Positions 10,462-20,542 are shown, counted from the stretch's first letter. The stretch: 64,000 bases of DNA from Candidatus Aenigmatarchaeota archaeon (GCA_039000985.1 JAWBMD010000001.1:42538-106537), one strand, 5' to 3'. Numbers and translations are program-made. The notes: generated from the sequence alone by a model not told the origin.

Positions 10462-10949
10462 AAAAAATATTAGCAATTTCTGATTCACATGTAAATAATT
10501 TATCTCAGCTTCCTGTTGAGCTAGTTCAAATTTTTAAAGATTTTGATTTTATTGTTCATTGTGGAGATTTTACTGGCATAAAAATTGTTCAAGAATTAAA
10601 AGAGTTTAAAAATTTTTTTGGTGTTGTTGGAAATGTAGATGATTTTGAAATATCTAAAATTTTAGATAAAAAAGTTGTTTTTGATATAAATGGCTTTAAA
10701 ATAGGAATTATACATCCTTATGAAGGTGGACCACCAATAAATATTAAAACAAGGATTTTAAAAAGTTTTGGTAATGAAAAACTTGATTTAATTATATTTG
10801 GACATACTCATTTTGCAGAAATATCAGAATTCAATTCAGTTAAATTTGTTAATCCCGGTAGTTGTACAGGAAAATTACCAGCTTTGTTTAAAAGTTATGC
10901 TATAATAGAAATAGATAATGAAATTAAAGCTAGAATTGTAAGGTATTGA
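10458..10949 (+). CDS. Metallophosphoesterase, YfcE/MJ0936 family
   Basis: SDSH, HCGD, GNVD, GHTH, NPGS. Confidence 0.9.
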   Translation: MKKILAISDSHVNNLSQLPVELVQIFKDFDFIVHCGDFTGIKIVQELKEFKNFFGVVGNVDDFEISKILDKKVVFDINGFKIGIIHPYEGGPPINIKTRILKSFGNEKLDLIIFGHTHFAEISEFNSVKFVNPGSCTGKLPALFKSYAIIEIDNEIKARIVRY

Positions 10950-13551
10950 AAATAACTTTTTTTGATAAAGTGTTGTTATAAGAGAAATATAAATCTCCAT
11001 CACAATAAACACATCTGCAAGATAATGGTATTGTTTGATATTCTTTCTCACATTTTTTACAAACTATTTTATCAAAGCTTTCTAAAAATTCCTTAACTTC
11101 TTTTTTATTATTAATTATTTTTGCTATTTCAAGTTTTGTTTGTTTACCAATTTCTTTTATATCACTAACATTTGCTCCTATTGCTTCCATTATTCTTTCT
11201 ATTGGTGGAAATAGTTGGCTTTTTATGTAATAATCATAATCTATTTCCAATCCTTCTCTTTTAACAAAATTAGGATCTTCAGCTCTTTTTGATAAAATTT
11301 CACCACCTTTTACTATAACAAAGCTTATTCTATCACCAACTCCAGGTATTCTTTTTTCTCCCCTCTCTTTCATTTTTTTAATTAGTTCTATATGTGGCTG
11401 AATTCCTTTATAATTTGTTTTAGAAATACCTTTTGTTATTAATAGTTTTTCTAAAGGTATTTTACCTTCTCTAAGATTTTTAACAATTTCTTTAAATCTG
11501 TTAACAGCTTTTTCAACATTCTTTTCTTTTAATATAGTGCTAACAACTTCTTCTAAAGTATCTGTAACTAAATCACACCAATCTCTTCTAACTGTTTCTA
11601 TTCCTTTCATAACAATTTTTTCATTACCATTTTCATCAACAGAAAGAGCAGCATATCTTTTTTTAGTTAAAATTATAATGCTTTTGAAAATACTCTCTAT
11701 TTTCATTTTCAAATTCTCATATTTTATATTTACAATATTCTCCAATTCTTTAGCTTTTTCAAAAGCTAACTTTATATCATCTGTATCAAGTTTAACCATT
11801 ATAGAATCTGTATCTCCATAAATAACTTTATAATTTGTTTCTTTCTCGATAGTTTCCTTCATTTCTGTTATTAATTTTCTACCGTTCGCTGTTATTGAGT
11901 TAGCTATTTCCAATATATACAATCTACCAGAAACAAAACCCGTATAACCATAAAATGCATTTGCTATTCTTTTAAAAGCCTCTTGCATAGCATCCAGTTT
12001 TTCTCTCATAATTTCGTCTTTTTCATTTTTTAGCGAGCTCTTTATTTTATTTCTTTCTTCAATCATCCTTTTTAAAATTTTTGGATATATACCCTCTCTA
12101 ACATTTTTAGAAACAAATTTTGGAATTCCATTTTCTATAATAAGTGTTGTTGGACAAATGTTAAAACTTATTATTATGTTTGGGTACATGCTTGCAAAAT
12201 CTAAGTAAACTATGCATTTATCATGAAAACCTATTTGTGGTTGCAACACTAATCCACCTTCCAATCCCTTAGCTTCTTTTTCCTTTTCTCTTTCCAATTT
12301 AATTTTTTCTGATGGTTTGTTTGGCATTACAAAATCACGTTTATTAAATTCTTTAAGCAAAAGGAATTCTATTTTTGAGGCTTCTCCACCATCAAGTATA
12401 TCTTGTAACAATAAACCACTAACTTTGCTTAGAGCAATATATTTATCAAGCATTTTATATTTCAAAAACAGTTTAAAGGCAAGTTCTGAATCTTTTCTAG
12501 CATATTCTATTACTTTTTTTGGATTTTCATACCAGTATTTTTCTATTTCGCTATGAGATATATCTATTTTGCTTTCATTTAACAAAAAGTTTGCCACACT
12601 GTTTAAGTCAAATCTTTTCAATTTTTTGAAAAAACCAACTTTTACTAATTCTTTTATAATTTTATAGCTATCTACAATAAATCTACCAACTATATGATTT
12701 TTATATTTGTTTTCTCTTAGTTTTTTTGATGAAGCTGATTTTTCTTCTGCTCTTCCCATTATCGGCTTTATATTTAGTTTTTTCATTCTGTTTATTAGAT
12801 ATGGTAAATCGAAATCATTTATGTTATACCCAACTATAAAATCTGGATCAAAATCTTTAACTATTTCTAAAAACTTCTTTAGCATTTCTTTTTCATCTTC
12901 AAAACAAATTACATCAACTTCACTATTTTTAATAATTTTTGAAGTCAAAATTAGACTATTTTTTTCGTTGTAGTGTGGATAAAAGAAAAGGGAAATAATT
13001 ATTATTTCCCCTTCTGCAGTTTCTACATTTGGACTACCTATACATTCTATATCTATTGTCAAGAATTTAAAATTAGCATTTTTTTCTTCATTCAAGTTCT
13101 CAAAGCTTTCCGCTTCATATGCTTCATTTACATATAAAGAGTTCGAATTTATTCTTTTACCTTTAATTTTTATCCAATTCATTCCATTAATGTTGAAATC
13201 TGCTGCAAATCTATATTTAAACAATATATCAGCTTCAAATGTTTCCACCTTTATTTTATTTCTAATATTCGGTACATCTGCCGGATTTGATAAATAAACT
13301 TTCATAAGCTTTGTTTTATTTTCATTAAATCCTATTGGTAAAAATTTTTCTACAATTTCAGATTTTATAAAATGAGGTTCCTTTAAAATTTCTTCGTTTA
13401 AAGAATTTATGTAAAAATATGGATAAAATTTTTTGTATATTACACAAACTGTTTTACCATCTTCTTTTTTTCCAAATATTCTTATTATTGGTACTTTTTC
13501 GCTTTTAGAATAAACATAATCTATGTCAAATACTTGAAAGGATACTTCCAC
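10930..13551 (-). CDS. polB: Family B DNA polymerase with C-terminal DP2-like zinc finger
   Basis: Exo I DIEC, Exo II YNINDFD, Exo III YARKD, motif A DFASMYP, motif B KRIANAFYG, motif C YGDTDS; C-terminal CKKC...PLSCRCVYC; GTG start. Confidence 0.95.
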   Translation of the reverse strand: MEVSFQVFDIDYVYSKSEKVPIIRIFGKKEDGKTVCVIYKKFYPYFYINSLNEEILKEPHFIKSEIVEKFLPIGFNENKTKLMKVYLSNPADVPNIRNKIKVETFEADILFKYRFAADFNINGMNWIKIKGKRINSNSLYVNEAYEAESFENLNEEKNANFKFLTIDIECIGSPNVETAEGEIIIISLFFYPHYNEKNSLILTSKIIKNSEVDVICFEDEKEMLKKFLEIVKDFDPDFIVGYNINDFDLPYLINRMKKLNIKPIMGRAEEKSASSKKLRENKYKNHIVGRFIVDSYKIIKELVKVGFFKKLKRFDLNSVANFLLNESKIDISHSEIEKYWYENPKKVIEYARKDSELAFKLFLKYKMLDKYIALSKVSGLLLQDILDGGEASKIEFLLLKEFNKRDFVMPNKPSEKIKLEREKEKEAKGLEGGLVLQPQIGFHDKCIVYLDFASMYPNIIISFNICPTTLIIENGIPKFVSKNVREGIYPKILKRMIEERNKIKSSLKNEKDEIMREKLDAMQEAFKRIANAFYGYTGFVSGRLYILEIANSITANGRKLITEMKETIEKETNYKVIYGDTDSIMVKLDTDDIKLAFEKAKELENIVNIKYENLKMKIESIFKSIIILTKKRYAALSVDENGNEKIVMKGIETVRRDWCDLVTDTLEEVVSTILKEKNVEKAVNRFKEIVKNLREGKIPLEKLLITKGISKTNYKGIQPHIELIKKMKERGEKRIPGVGDRISFVIVKGGEILSKRAEDPNFVKREGLEIDYDYYIKSQLFPPIERIMEAIGANVSDIKEIGKQTKLEIAKIINNKKEVKEFLESFDKIVCKKCEKEYQTIPLSCRCVYCDGDLYFSYNNTLSKKVIFNTLQF

Positions 13552-13565
13552 AATTTCTTTATTAT

Positions 13566-14525
13566 TTAGAAATTTTTATATATTTCTCTACTTTTTAAGT
13601 TTATATCAACAAATGTATTTTCTTTTATATATAATATTGTTGTACCCTTGTAGTTCAGGCAAATATTGTCAAATTTATTACCATAAACAACTATAAAATC
13701 TGGAATTTCTTTAAGCAAAAGAGCATTTGATGGTAGTTTTTTTATTAATGGGTTTAAATTTCTTTTTTTAACTAAACTTATTATCTCTTTTTCGAAATCA
13801 TTTTCTATCTTTGTTAAATTTTCATTAACTATTAAAACTAAAAAATCATTTTCTATTTTTGCCTTTAGCATATTGTTAAAAACTATTGTGTTTTTCCAAA
13901 TTTTTTTATTATTAAAAAAGTAATAATTGTTGCTTTTTGGTGTTTCATTACATTCATAACCAAATCTAACAAAAACATCTCTACTAGCTTTTTTAGATTT
14001 GGCTAAAGGTATATCCGGATAAACTACTTTTTTTATTTTATAATCCTTTACAATAAAGCCAAAAACATCAGATTCAAATATTTTTTCATCAATATCTAAT
14101 TGTAATTTTATTTTATCTGTATAATCTTCAACTAATATATTATCATTATTAACTTCAATTACAATACCTATTATATTACCGCTTTTGTTCTTTTTTAAAT
14201 TTGATATCGACATTACATTTACCATTTCTATCTTGCTTTTGATTAAGTTTCTTAAAAATTCAAATCTATCAACAATTATTTTATTAATGCTTTCTATACT
14301 AATTTCATTTATACTAATATCACTTTCTATAATTTCAAATTCATTTTTTTCAAAGATTTTATTTAATAAATCTAAAGTTATGCATTTATCAGGTATTTTT
14401 TCAAATTCAATATTTTTAAACAAATCTTCTAAGCTTTCAATTCCCTTTAAATATTCTAATGCTTCGGGAGTTACAGTAAAACCTCTCAGCAAAAATTCCT
14501 TTATAATTTCATTTGTTGATAACAT
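13566..14525 (-). CDS. Degenerate PolD small subunit (DP1)-like / B-subunit-like protein, predicted nuclease-dead
   Basis: DP1 landmarks in order: FLLRGFTVTPEA, DRFEFLR, OB-fold IIGIV...VEDYTD, YPDIP, KKRNLNP, IPDFIV, YKG; metal-binding D/H motifs absent; only 319 aa. Confidence 0.75.
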   Translation of the reverse strand: MLSTNEIIKEFLLRGFTVTPEALEYLKGIESLEDLFKNIEFEKIPDKCITLDLLNKIFEKNEFEIIESDISINEISIESINKIIVDRFEFLRNLIKSKIEMVNVMSISNLKKNKSGNIIGIVIEVNNDNILVEDYTDKIKLQLDIDEKIFESDVFGFIVKDYKIKKVVYPDIPLAKSKKASRDVFVRFGYECNETPKSNNYYFFNNKKIWKNTIVFNNMLKAKIENDFLVLIVNENLTKIENDFEKEIISLVKKRNLNPLIKKLPSNALLLKEIPDFIVVYGNKFDNICLNYKGTTILYIKENTFVDINLKSREIYKNF

Positions 14526-14739
14526 AAAGTCTTGTTTTTTTTGTTTTACTTGAATTTATTTCAAATACTTTAACTTTTCCAATAGATATTAATTCATTAA
14601 TATATTTTTTCGCTGTTCCCCAATTCAAGTTACAAATTTTTGATATTTTAAGCAAAGTTAATGGATATTTTGAACTAGATAAAACTTCTAAAATTTTCTT
14701 TTGAGTTTCAAATCTTTTAGAAGGCCTTCCAACTTTCAT
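14509..14739 (-). CDS. Small winged-helix DNA-binding protein
   Basis: ILEVL...LTLLKISKICNLNWGTAKKYINELISIGKV wHTH pattern; overlaps both neighbours. Confidence 0.75.
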   Translation of the reverse strand: MKVGRPSKRFETQKKILEVLSSSKYPLTLLKISKICNLNWGTAKKYINELISIGKVKVFEINSSKTKKTRLYVINK

Positions 14740-15938
14740 ATAAAGCCTCTTATTTTACCATTACATAACGCTTTTATAAACTTATCTGTATTGTTTATTT
14801 TGTTTTCAACAATATTAGATATTTCTTTTTCATCAACCTCTTTTTTATTCTTAGGTATTAATTGCACGGAAATTAATTCTGGATCAGAAACAGGTTTACC
14901 TATTTTGCTAACTAGCCATACATATACTTCCTCTAAGTAATCATCAAACTTCTCATAAATTTCTTTTGCCATTTCTAGTGAAAGAAAGTTATATATTTTT
15001 CCAACATGAATTAAAGGATTTTTTCCAGCAGCAGCTTCATTGCTTATTGGTCTAAATAACGAAAATACACCATTCACTTTATTACCTCTACCAACTTGTC
15101 CACTATCTGCATTTTCTGCACAAGTTCCAGTAACTGTTAAATACAATCCATTAACCCCTCTCCCCCTTTGATCTAAGGTATTTATATCTATTCCAACATT
15201 AACATCAAAGAATTTTTTTATTAAATCTTTAATTTCTTCTTTTATTTCATCTTTAGTTCTAAAATATTCCTCTTCATTCTTTATAAATCTATCGATTATA
15301 GCAATTGCTATTATTAAGTTTATTTCACTATTTTTTCTTATTCCCATTATTTTAATATCTTCTCCAGATTCTGGAAATTCTTTTTTAAATTTTTTAGAGT
15401 TCATATATCTTTCTGTTTTTATTAATATTTCTTCAAGCTTTGTTAAAGGCCAATAACCAACACAAGCAGATGTATCGTTAGAACCTAAGGTTTTTTCATA
15501 TTTTCTTTTAAATATATCTACAAGTGAAGCAGAACCTTCTTTAACCTCTATATAATATTTTACATGCTTTTCTTCAACAAATCTCATATTTTTCTTAAAC
15601 CAGTTTTTGGCAGAATTTATTAATATTTTTTCAACATCTATTTTTTCATTATCAACTTTAAATGTTGCTCTGTCACCAAAAATAAATTTCATTGGCTTTA
15701 AAACTTTTCCACCACCAAACTTACTAATTGCTTTTCCAGCTGATAGAAAAGCTTTATCTATATTGAAATGTAAAACTCTTCCAAACTTCTTCTTATATTC
15801 TTTTGATAGATTAATAGAAGCTTCTTCGCAAATTAAATCACATATTGTATCTGGATGTCCTATTCCTTTTCTTTCAGCAATTTCAGTTCTTAATTTTGAA
15901 ATTGGTATGTTGTTTACTTTTTCTACAAAAATTTTCAT
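14736..15938 (-). CDS. mat: Archaeal S-adenosylmethionine synthetase
   Basis: ERKGIGHPDTICD, HFNIDK, NDTS, GEDIKIMG, GQVGRGN, GKNPxxHVGK. Confidence 0.95.
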   Translation of the reverse strand: MKIFVEKVNNIPISKLRTEIAERKGIGHPDTICDLICEEASINLSKEYKKKFGRVLHFNIDKAFLSAGKAISKFGGGKVLKPMKFIFGDRATFKVDNEKIDVEKILINSAKNWFKKNMRFVEEKHVKYYIEVKEGSASLVDIFKRKYEKTLGSNDTSACVGYWPLTKLEEILIKTERYMNSKKFKKEFPESGEDIKIMGIRKNSEINLIIAIAIIDRFIKNEEEYFRTKDEIKEEIKDLIKKFFDVNVGIDINTLDQRGRGVNGLYLTVTGTCAENADSGQVGRGNKVNGVFSLFRPISNEAAAGKNPLIHVGKIYNFLSLEMAKEIYEKFDDYLEEVYVWLVSKIGKPVSDPELISVQLIPKNKKEVDEKEISNIVENKINNTDKFIKALCNGKIRGFI

Positions 15939-16062
15939 AAAGGATTTATAAAATATTTATTTAAATTTTAAGTATGAAAACTTTTTGAATTATGTTCTAA
16001 TTAGCTATGCATAAAAGTGATGAAGAGCATAGAATTTATTGCTGTTTTGTTGATTCAATAAT

Positions 16063-16449
16063 TTAAGGTAATTTAACAAAAACTACTAGCTTTTTAATTT
16101 CAGGATTATTATAATCACCACCTATTAAAAATGGAATTGCTAAAACATTTTTAGACAATATATCTTTTTGATAACTTTCTGTAGCATTAAATATATCAAC
16201 TTCTATTTCAAAATTTCCTGGTAAAATTTCTAGGAGGAGATTTTCTATCATAGTTTTATTATTTTCCATTATATATTTTCTAAGGTTTTTTGTTTTAATA
16301 AGGCTATTAACGCTTTCATAAACTAATAATTTCATTTTTATGTCTATTTTTTCTTGTTCTAATCTAGTTAGTGAAGTTGAAATAAGTATTATGAAAAGAA
16401 TTGCTAAAAAAGCTATTATTACTTCCAAAATTGCACTTAAAGATTTCAT
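16063..16449 (-). CDS. Hypothetical pilin-like membrane protein
   Basis: MKS/LSAILEVIIAFL resembles a class III signal peptide; single N-terminal hydrophobic segment. Confidence 0.55.
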   Translation of the reverse strand: MKSLSAILEVIIAFLAILFIILISTSLTRLEQEKIDIKMKLLVYESVNSLIKTKNLRKYIMENNKTMIENLLLEILPGNFEIEVDIFNATESYQKDILSKNVLAIPFLIGGDYNNPEIKKLVVFVKLP

Positions 16450-16476
16450 AAATTAATTTTTTATAAGTTTAGATAT

Positions 16477-17010
16477 ATGGAAAGAACACTTGTTTTAATA
16501 AAACCAGATGCTATTGAAAGAAAATTAGCTGGTGAAATAATAAAAAGATTTGAGCAAGATTTTGAAATATTAGCTATGAAAATTGTTAAAGTTAGTAGAG
16601 AGCTTGCAGAAAAGCATTATAGAGCTACTGAAGAGCAATTAATTGGCATGGGTAAAAAAACATTGGAATCATCTAGCTTAGAAGATATTATGAAAATATT
16701 CAGAACAAAAGATCCTTTGGAGATAGGTAAAAAATTAAGAGAGTGGCTCATAGAATTTTTGAGCAATAAAAAAGTTATCGCAATTGTTCTTGCTGGAGAA
16801 AAAGCTGTTGAAAGAGTTAGAAAGATGGTTGGTCATACAAATCCAGCAAAAGCAGAAAAAGGAACAATAAGAGGAGATTTTGGTCAAGATTCTATAGAAA
16901 AAGCTAATTTGGAGAAAAGATGTGTTAGGAATCTTGTTCATGCTTCAGGCTCTCTTAGTGAGGCCGAGTATGAAATTAAAGTTTGGTTTAAAGATGAGGA
17001 AATTATATAA
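16477..17010 (+). CDS. ndk: Nucleoside diphosphate kinase (with helical insertion)
   Basis: ERTLVLIKPDA, GTIRGDF, catalytic NLVHAS. Confidence 0.95.
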   Translation: MERTLVLIKPDAIERKLAGEIIKRFEQDFEILAMKIVKVSRELAEKHYRATEEQLIGMGKKTLESSSLEDIMKIFRTKDPLEIGKKLREWLIEFLSNKKVIAIVLAGEKAVERVRKMVGHTNPAKAEKGTIRGDFGQDSIEKANLEKRCVRNLVHASGSLSEAEYEIKVWFKDEEII

Positions 17011-17260
17011 AGTTTTATTTTATGGAAAAGTACAGGGAGTAGGTTTTAGAGCAACTTGTGCTAGATTAGCAAACAGACTTAACATTTTTGGTTATGTTAA
17101 AAACTTAGAAGATGGCTCTGTAGAAGCTGTTTTCGATTGCGATAAAAATTCTATGCTTGAAATAATCGAGAAGCTTAAAGATATTTTTGATATAGAAAAT
17201 ATTACAATAGAAGAAATGGATAGTAATAAAAAATTTTCTAGGTTTGAAATAATATTATGA
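16994..17260 (+). CDS. acyP: Acylphosphatase
   Basis: GKVQGVGFR and GYVKNLEDGSVE; start moved to the in-frame ATG at 16994. Confidence 0.9.
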   Translation: MRKLYKVLFYGKVQGVGFRATCARLANRLNIFGYVKNLEDGSVEAVFDCDKNSMLEIIEKLKDIFDIENITIEEMDSNKKFSRFEIIL

Positions 17261-17688
17261 AATTAATTAAAAAAAATGTGGCAATTTATGTCGATGGTCC
17301 AAATTTTCTAAGAAAAGAATATAATGTAGATTTATCAGAAATAAAAAAAATAGGCAAAAAATATGGAAGAATAGTAATAGCTAGAGTTTTTGTTAATCAA
17401 TTTGCTCCGCAAAAATTGATTGAAGCTATAGTAAATGAAGGGTTTGAATGTTTAACATTTTTATCTGAAAGAGAAGAGGCTGATATAGATGTACCTTTAG
17501 CTGTTGATGCATTAGAAGTGGCTTTAACTAAAAATATTGATGTTTTTGTTTTTTGTACTAGAGATACGGATTTTTTCTCTTTGATAAAAAAAATTAAAGG
17601 TTATGGAAAAACTGTAGTTATAGTTGGTTTAGAAAACGATATTCCAGCATCTTTAAAAAATTCTGCAGATTTCTTAGAATTTTTATGA
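17257..17688 (+). CDS. NYN/LabA-domain (PIN-like) protein
   Basis: YVDGPN, DIDV, TRDTDF, LKNSADF. Confidence 0.88.
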   Translation: MKLIKKNVAIYVDGPNFLRKEYNVDLSEIKKIGKKYGRIVIARVFVNQFAPQKLIEAIVNEGFECLTFLSEREEADIDVPLAVDALEVALTKNIDVFVFCTRDTDFFSLIKKIKGYGKTVVIVGLENDIPASLKNSADFLEFL

Positions 17689-19691
17689 AGAAAAGAGTTT
17701 TAGTTCTTTGTGCTTTACCATATACGAACAACATTCCACATATAGGAAATATTGTTGGTTCTCATTTACCAGCGGATATATTTGCTAGATTTTGTAGAAT
17801 GAAAGGTTATGAAGTTTTATTTGTTGGAGGAGCAGATGAAAATGGTAGTACTTCAGAAATTGCAGCTAGAGAAATTAATTTAGATGTTAAAAAATTTTTA
17901 GATGTTTTGTACTCGCTACACAAAAAAATTTATGATTGGTTTAACATTTCTTATGATATATTTTCAAGAACAAGCAAAGATATTCATCATGATGTTGTAA
18001 AAAAATTTTTCTTGAAAATAAAAGAAAATGGTTTTATTAGTGAGGGGGAAATGATATTACCATTTTGCGATAATTGTGGAATTTTTCTTACAGATAGATA
18101 TGTTTATGGCACATGCCCAAATTGTAAATATGAAAATGCTAGAGGTGATCAGTGTGAAAATTGTGGCAAAATTTTAGATCCAACAGATTTAATAAATCCA
18201 AAATGTAAATTATGTGGCAATAAGCCTATATTTAAAAAAGAAAAGCACTTATTTTTAGATTTAGATAAGCTTGAAAGTAAAGTTAAAGAATGGATAGAAA
18301 GTAAAAAAGGAATATGGAGAGAACATGTCATTTCTTATTCCTTAGGTTGGTTAAAAGATGGATTAAGAAAAAGATGTATAACGAGAGATTTAAAATTGGG
18401 TGTAAAAGTTCCTTTAGAAGGATATGAAAACAAAGTTTTTTATGTTTGGTTTGATGCTCCAATAGGTTATATTTCTTTTACATTAGAAGCTGCTAAAGAA
18501 AATTTTGAAAAGTTTTGGAAAGATAAAGATTGTTTAATATATAATTTTTTAGGTAAGGATAACATCCCATTTCATACTATATTTTGGCCAGCAATGTTAA
18601 TGGCAAATGGAGAATACAATTTACCTTATAATGTTGTTGGTTTAAATTATTGCAATTACGAGGGTTCAAAAATATCTAAAAGCAAAAAATGGGGAATATT
18701 TTGTGAAAAAATGATTGAAGAAAATGTTGATGTTGATATTTGGAGATATTATTTAATTCATTTAATTCCAGAAAATAGTGATACTGAATTCAAATGGAAA
18801 GAGTTCCAAGATAAAGTAAATGGGGAATTAATTGGTAATTTAGCAAATTTTGTTTATAGAGTTTTGAGTTTTTTGAAAAGCCATTTTAATGGAAAAATAG
18901 ATAATTTCAAACTTGGTGATAAAGAAAAGTTTATAATTGCACAAATTGATTATTTACTTAAAACAATAAATGAAAACTTGGAAGAAGTTAATATAAGAGA
19001 AGCTTTTAGGAATGTATTTAAAATTGCTGAAATTGGAAATAAATATTTTCAGGAAAATGAACCATGGAATTTATTAAAAACAAATAAAACTAAATGCAAA
19101 AGAGTTGTTTTCTTTTCTGCCAACATAGTAAGGATATTAGCTATTGCTTTATATCCATTTCTTCCAAGAACAGCTGAAAGAATATTTGAGCAATTAAACT
19201 TAGAAAAAAATTTTGCTTTTGAAGAAAGATTTGAAGTAAAGCTTTTTCAGCATACAATAAATGAGCCAAAGATTCTTTTTGAAAAGCTTGATGATAAGAA
19301 AATTGAAAAATTGAAAAAATCTTTAACAGAGCCATCTAATTTAAAAACTTTTTTTGAAGATGAAAAAAGAATAAGCTTAGATGATTTTTTAAAAGTTAAA
19401 ATGAGAGTTGGTAAAATTATAAAAGCAGAAAAAGTACCAAATTCAAAAAAACTTTTAAATCTTTTAGTTGATTTTGGTACTGAAAAAAGGCAAGTTATTA
19501 GTGGTATAGGGGAATATTATAAGCCAGAAGAGCTAATAGATAAAAAATTTGTTTTCGTTGTTAATTTGGAAAAGAAAAAAATAATGAGTTTAGAAAGTGA
19601 GGCAATGATTCTTGCAGCTATTGGTAAAACTGGGAAAATTTCTTTAGTTACTGTTGATAAAGATATAGAAGAAGGTTCAGAGATCTATTGA
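17685..19691 (+). CDS. metG: Methionine--tRNA ligase with C-terminal tRNA-binding domain
   Basis: ALPY, HIGN, two Zn knuckles, YVWFDA, GKDNIPFH, KISKS; C-terminal Trbp-like OB domain. Confidence 0.97.
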   Translation: MKKRVLVLCALPYTNNIPHIGNIVGSHLPADIFARFCRMKGYEVLFVGGADENGSTSEIAAREINLDVKKFLDVLYSLHKKIYDWFNISYDIFSRTSKDIHHDVVKKFFLKIKENGFISEGEMILPFCDNCGIFLTDRYVYGTCPNCKYENARGDQCENCGKILDPTDLINPKCKLCGNKPIFKKEKHLFLDLDKLESKVKEWIESKKGIWREHVISYSLGWLKDGLRKRCITRDLKLGVKVPLEGYENKVFYVWFDAPIGYISFTLEAAKENFEKFWKDKDCLIYNFLGKDNIPFHTIFWPAMLMANGEYNLPYNVVGLNYCNYEGSKISKSKKWGIFCEKMIEENVDVDIWRYYLIHLIPENSDTEFKWKEFQDKVNGELIGNLANFVYRVLSFLKSHFNGKIDNFKLGDKEKFIIAQIDYLLKTINENLEEVNIREAFRNVFKIAEIGNKYFQENEPWNLLKTNKTKCKRVVFFSANIVRILAIALYPFLPRTAERIFEQLNLEKNFAFEERFEVKLFQHTINEPKILFEKLDDKKIEKLKKSLTEPSNLKTFFEDEKRISLDDFLKVKMRVGKIIKAEKVPNSKKLLNLLVDFGTEKRQVISGIGEYYKPEELIDKKFVFVVNLEKKKIMSLESEAMILAAIGKTGKISLVTVDKDIEEGSEIY

Positions 19692-20096
19692 TTCTATAAA
19701 TTTAATTGCTTTTTCCAAAACTTTCTTACTATTTTCAAATTTTAATAATTTCATTGCTTCTTCATATGTTACCCAGGCATATCCTTTATGTTCAAAGGAA
19801 AGTTTTACATCTTTTTCTTCGCTTTCTGCTAAAAAATATGAAACAGTTTTTTTGATAGTTTCTTTATTTTTTCTATAAAACCATGTAATAGTTTCTTTAA
19901 AAAGTGGATATACCTTTATTTTTTCAATTCCAGTTTCTTCAGCTAGTTCTCTTTTGGCAGCTAAAAGTTCTGTTTCCCCCTTTTCTATATTACCTCTTGG
20001 AAAATCGAAATAATTTTCATATTGGAGAATTAAAAATTTTGGTTTATTATTTTCTGTTATAAAAAGAATAAAGCCGGCGCTTTTTTCTTCTTTCAC
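19677..20096 (-). CDS. Nudix hydrolase (Ap4A hydrolase-like)
   Basis: SAG...FPRGNIEKGETELLAAKRELAEETG Nudix box; LSFEH. Confidence 0.9.
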   Translation of the reverse strand: MKEEKSAGFILFITENNKPKFLILQYENYFDFPRGNIEKGETELLAAKRELAEETGIEKIKVYPLFKETITWFYRKNKETIKKTVSYFLAESEEKDVKLSFEHKGYAWVTYEEAMKLLKFENSKKVLEKAIKFIESIDL

Positions 20097-20542
20097 AACA
20101 TTCTTTTAATCAATTTATTAATTTCTATACCTCTATAACCCAAATCACCTTTTGGATAAGCTTCTTTTATGCTTTTATATCCTCCTTTTGGAGGTTTTAA
20201 TGGGAAAACTTTTTTAAATTCTTTTAAATTAGCTTCTTTTTTTAATAAAGCTTCAGAGAATTTTTCAAAATTTTCATAGCCAGTAATTTCTTTTAATAAT
20301 TTTTCATCAACAACTTTATTATCTTTTGTTCTAAGTCTTTTTGATAAAAGTTCTATTAATGTTTCTTTATCTATTTCACCATATGTTACAAAATCTTTAA
20401 CAACATTTAACATTCCTAAAAAGCTTGTAGAATTATCTACTAAAGTGCAACTATTTACTTTTTCAAGCTTTAATAATTTTAATGTATCTCGAATTTTTCT
20501 GCTAGCACCTATGCTGCTTCTTACCTTAATTACTGCTAGCAT
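20093..20542 (-). CDS. rpl30: 50S ribosomal protein uL30 (archaeal long form)
   Basis: DTLKLLKL, GML..VKDFVTYGE, LKPPKGG, GDLGYRG..IN.LIKRM. Confidence 0.93.
   Translation of the reverse strand: MLAVIKVRSSIGASRKIRDTLKLLKLEKVNSCTLVDNSTSFLGMLNVVKDFVTYGEIDKETLIELLSKRLRTKDNKVVDEKLLKEITGYENFEKFSEALLKKEANLKEFKKVFPLKPPKGGYKSIKEAYPKGDLGYRGIEINKLIKRML

Noticed and set aside
13566..14525. Canonical active PolD DP1 exonuclease or a pseudogene
   Set aside because: All phosphoesterase metal ligands are missing, yet the frame is intact and structural motifs are selectively retained
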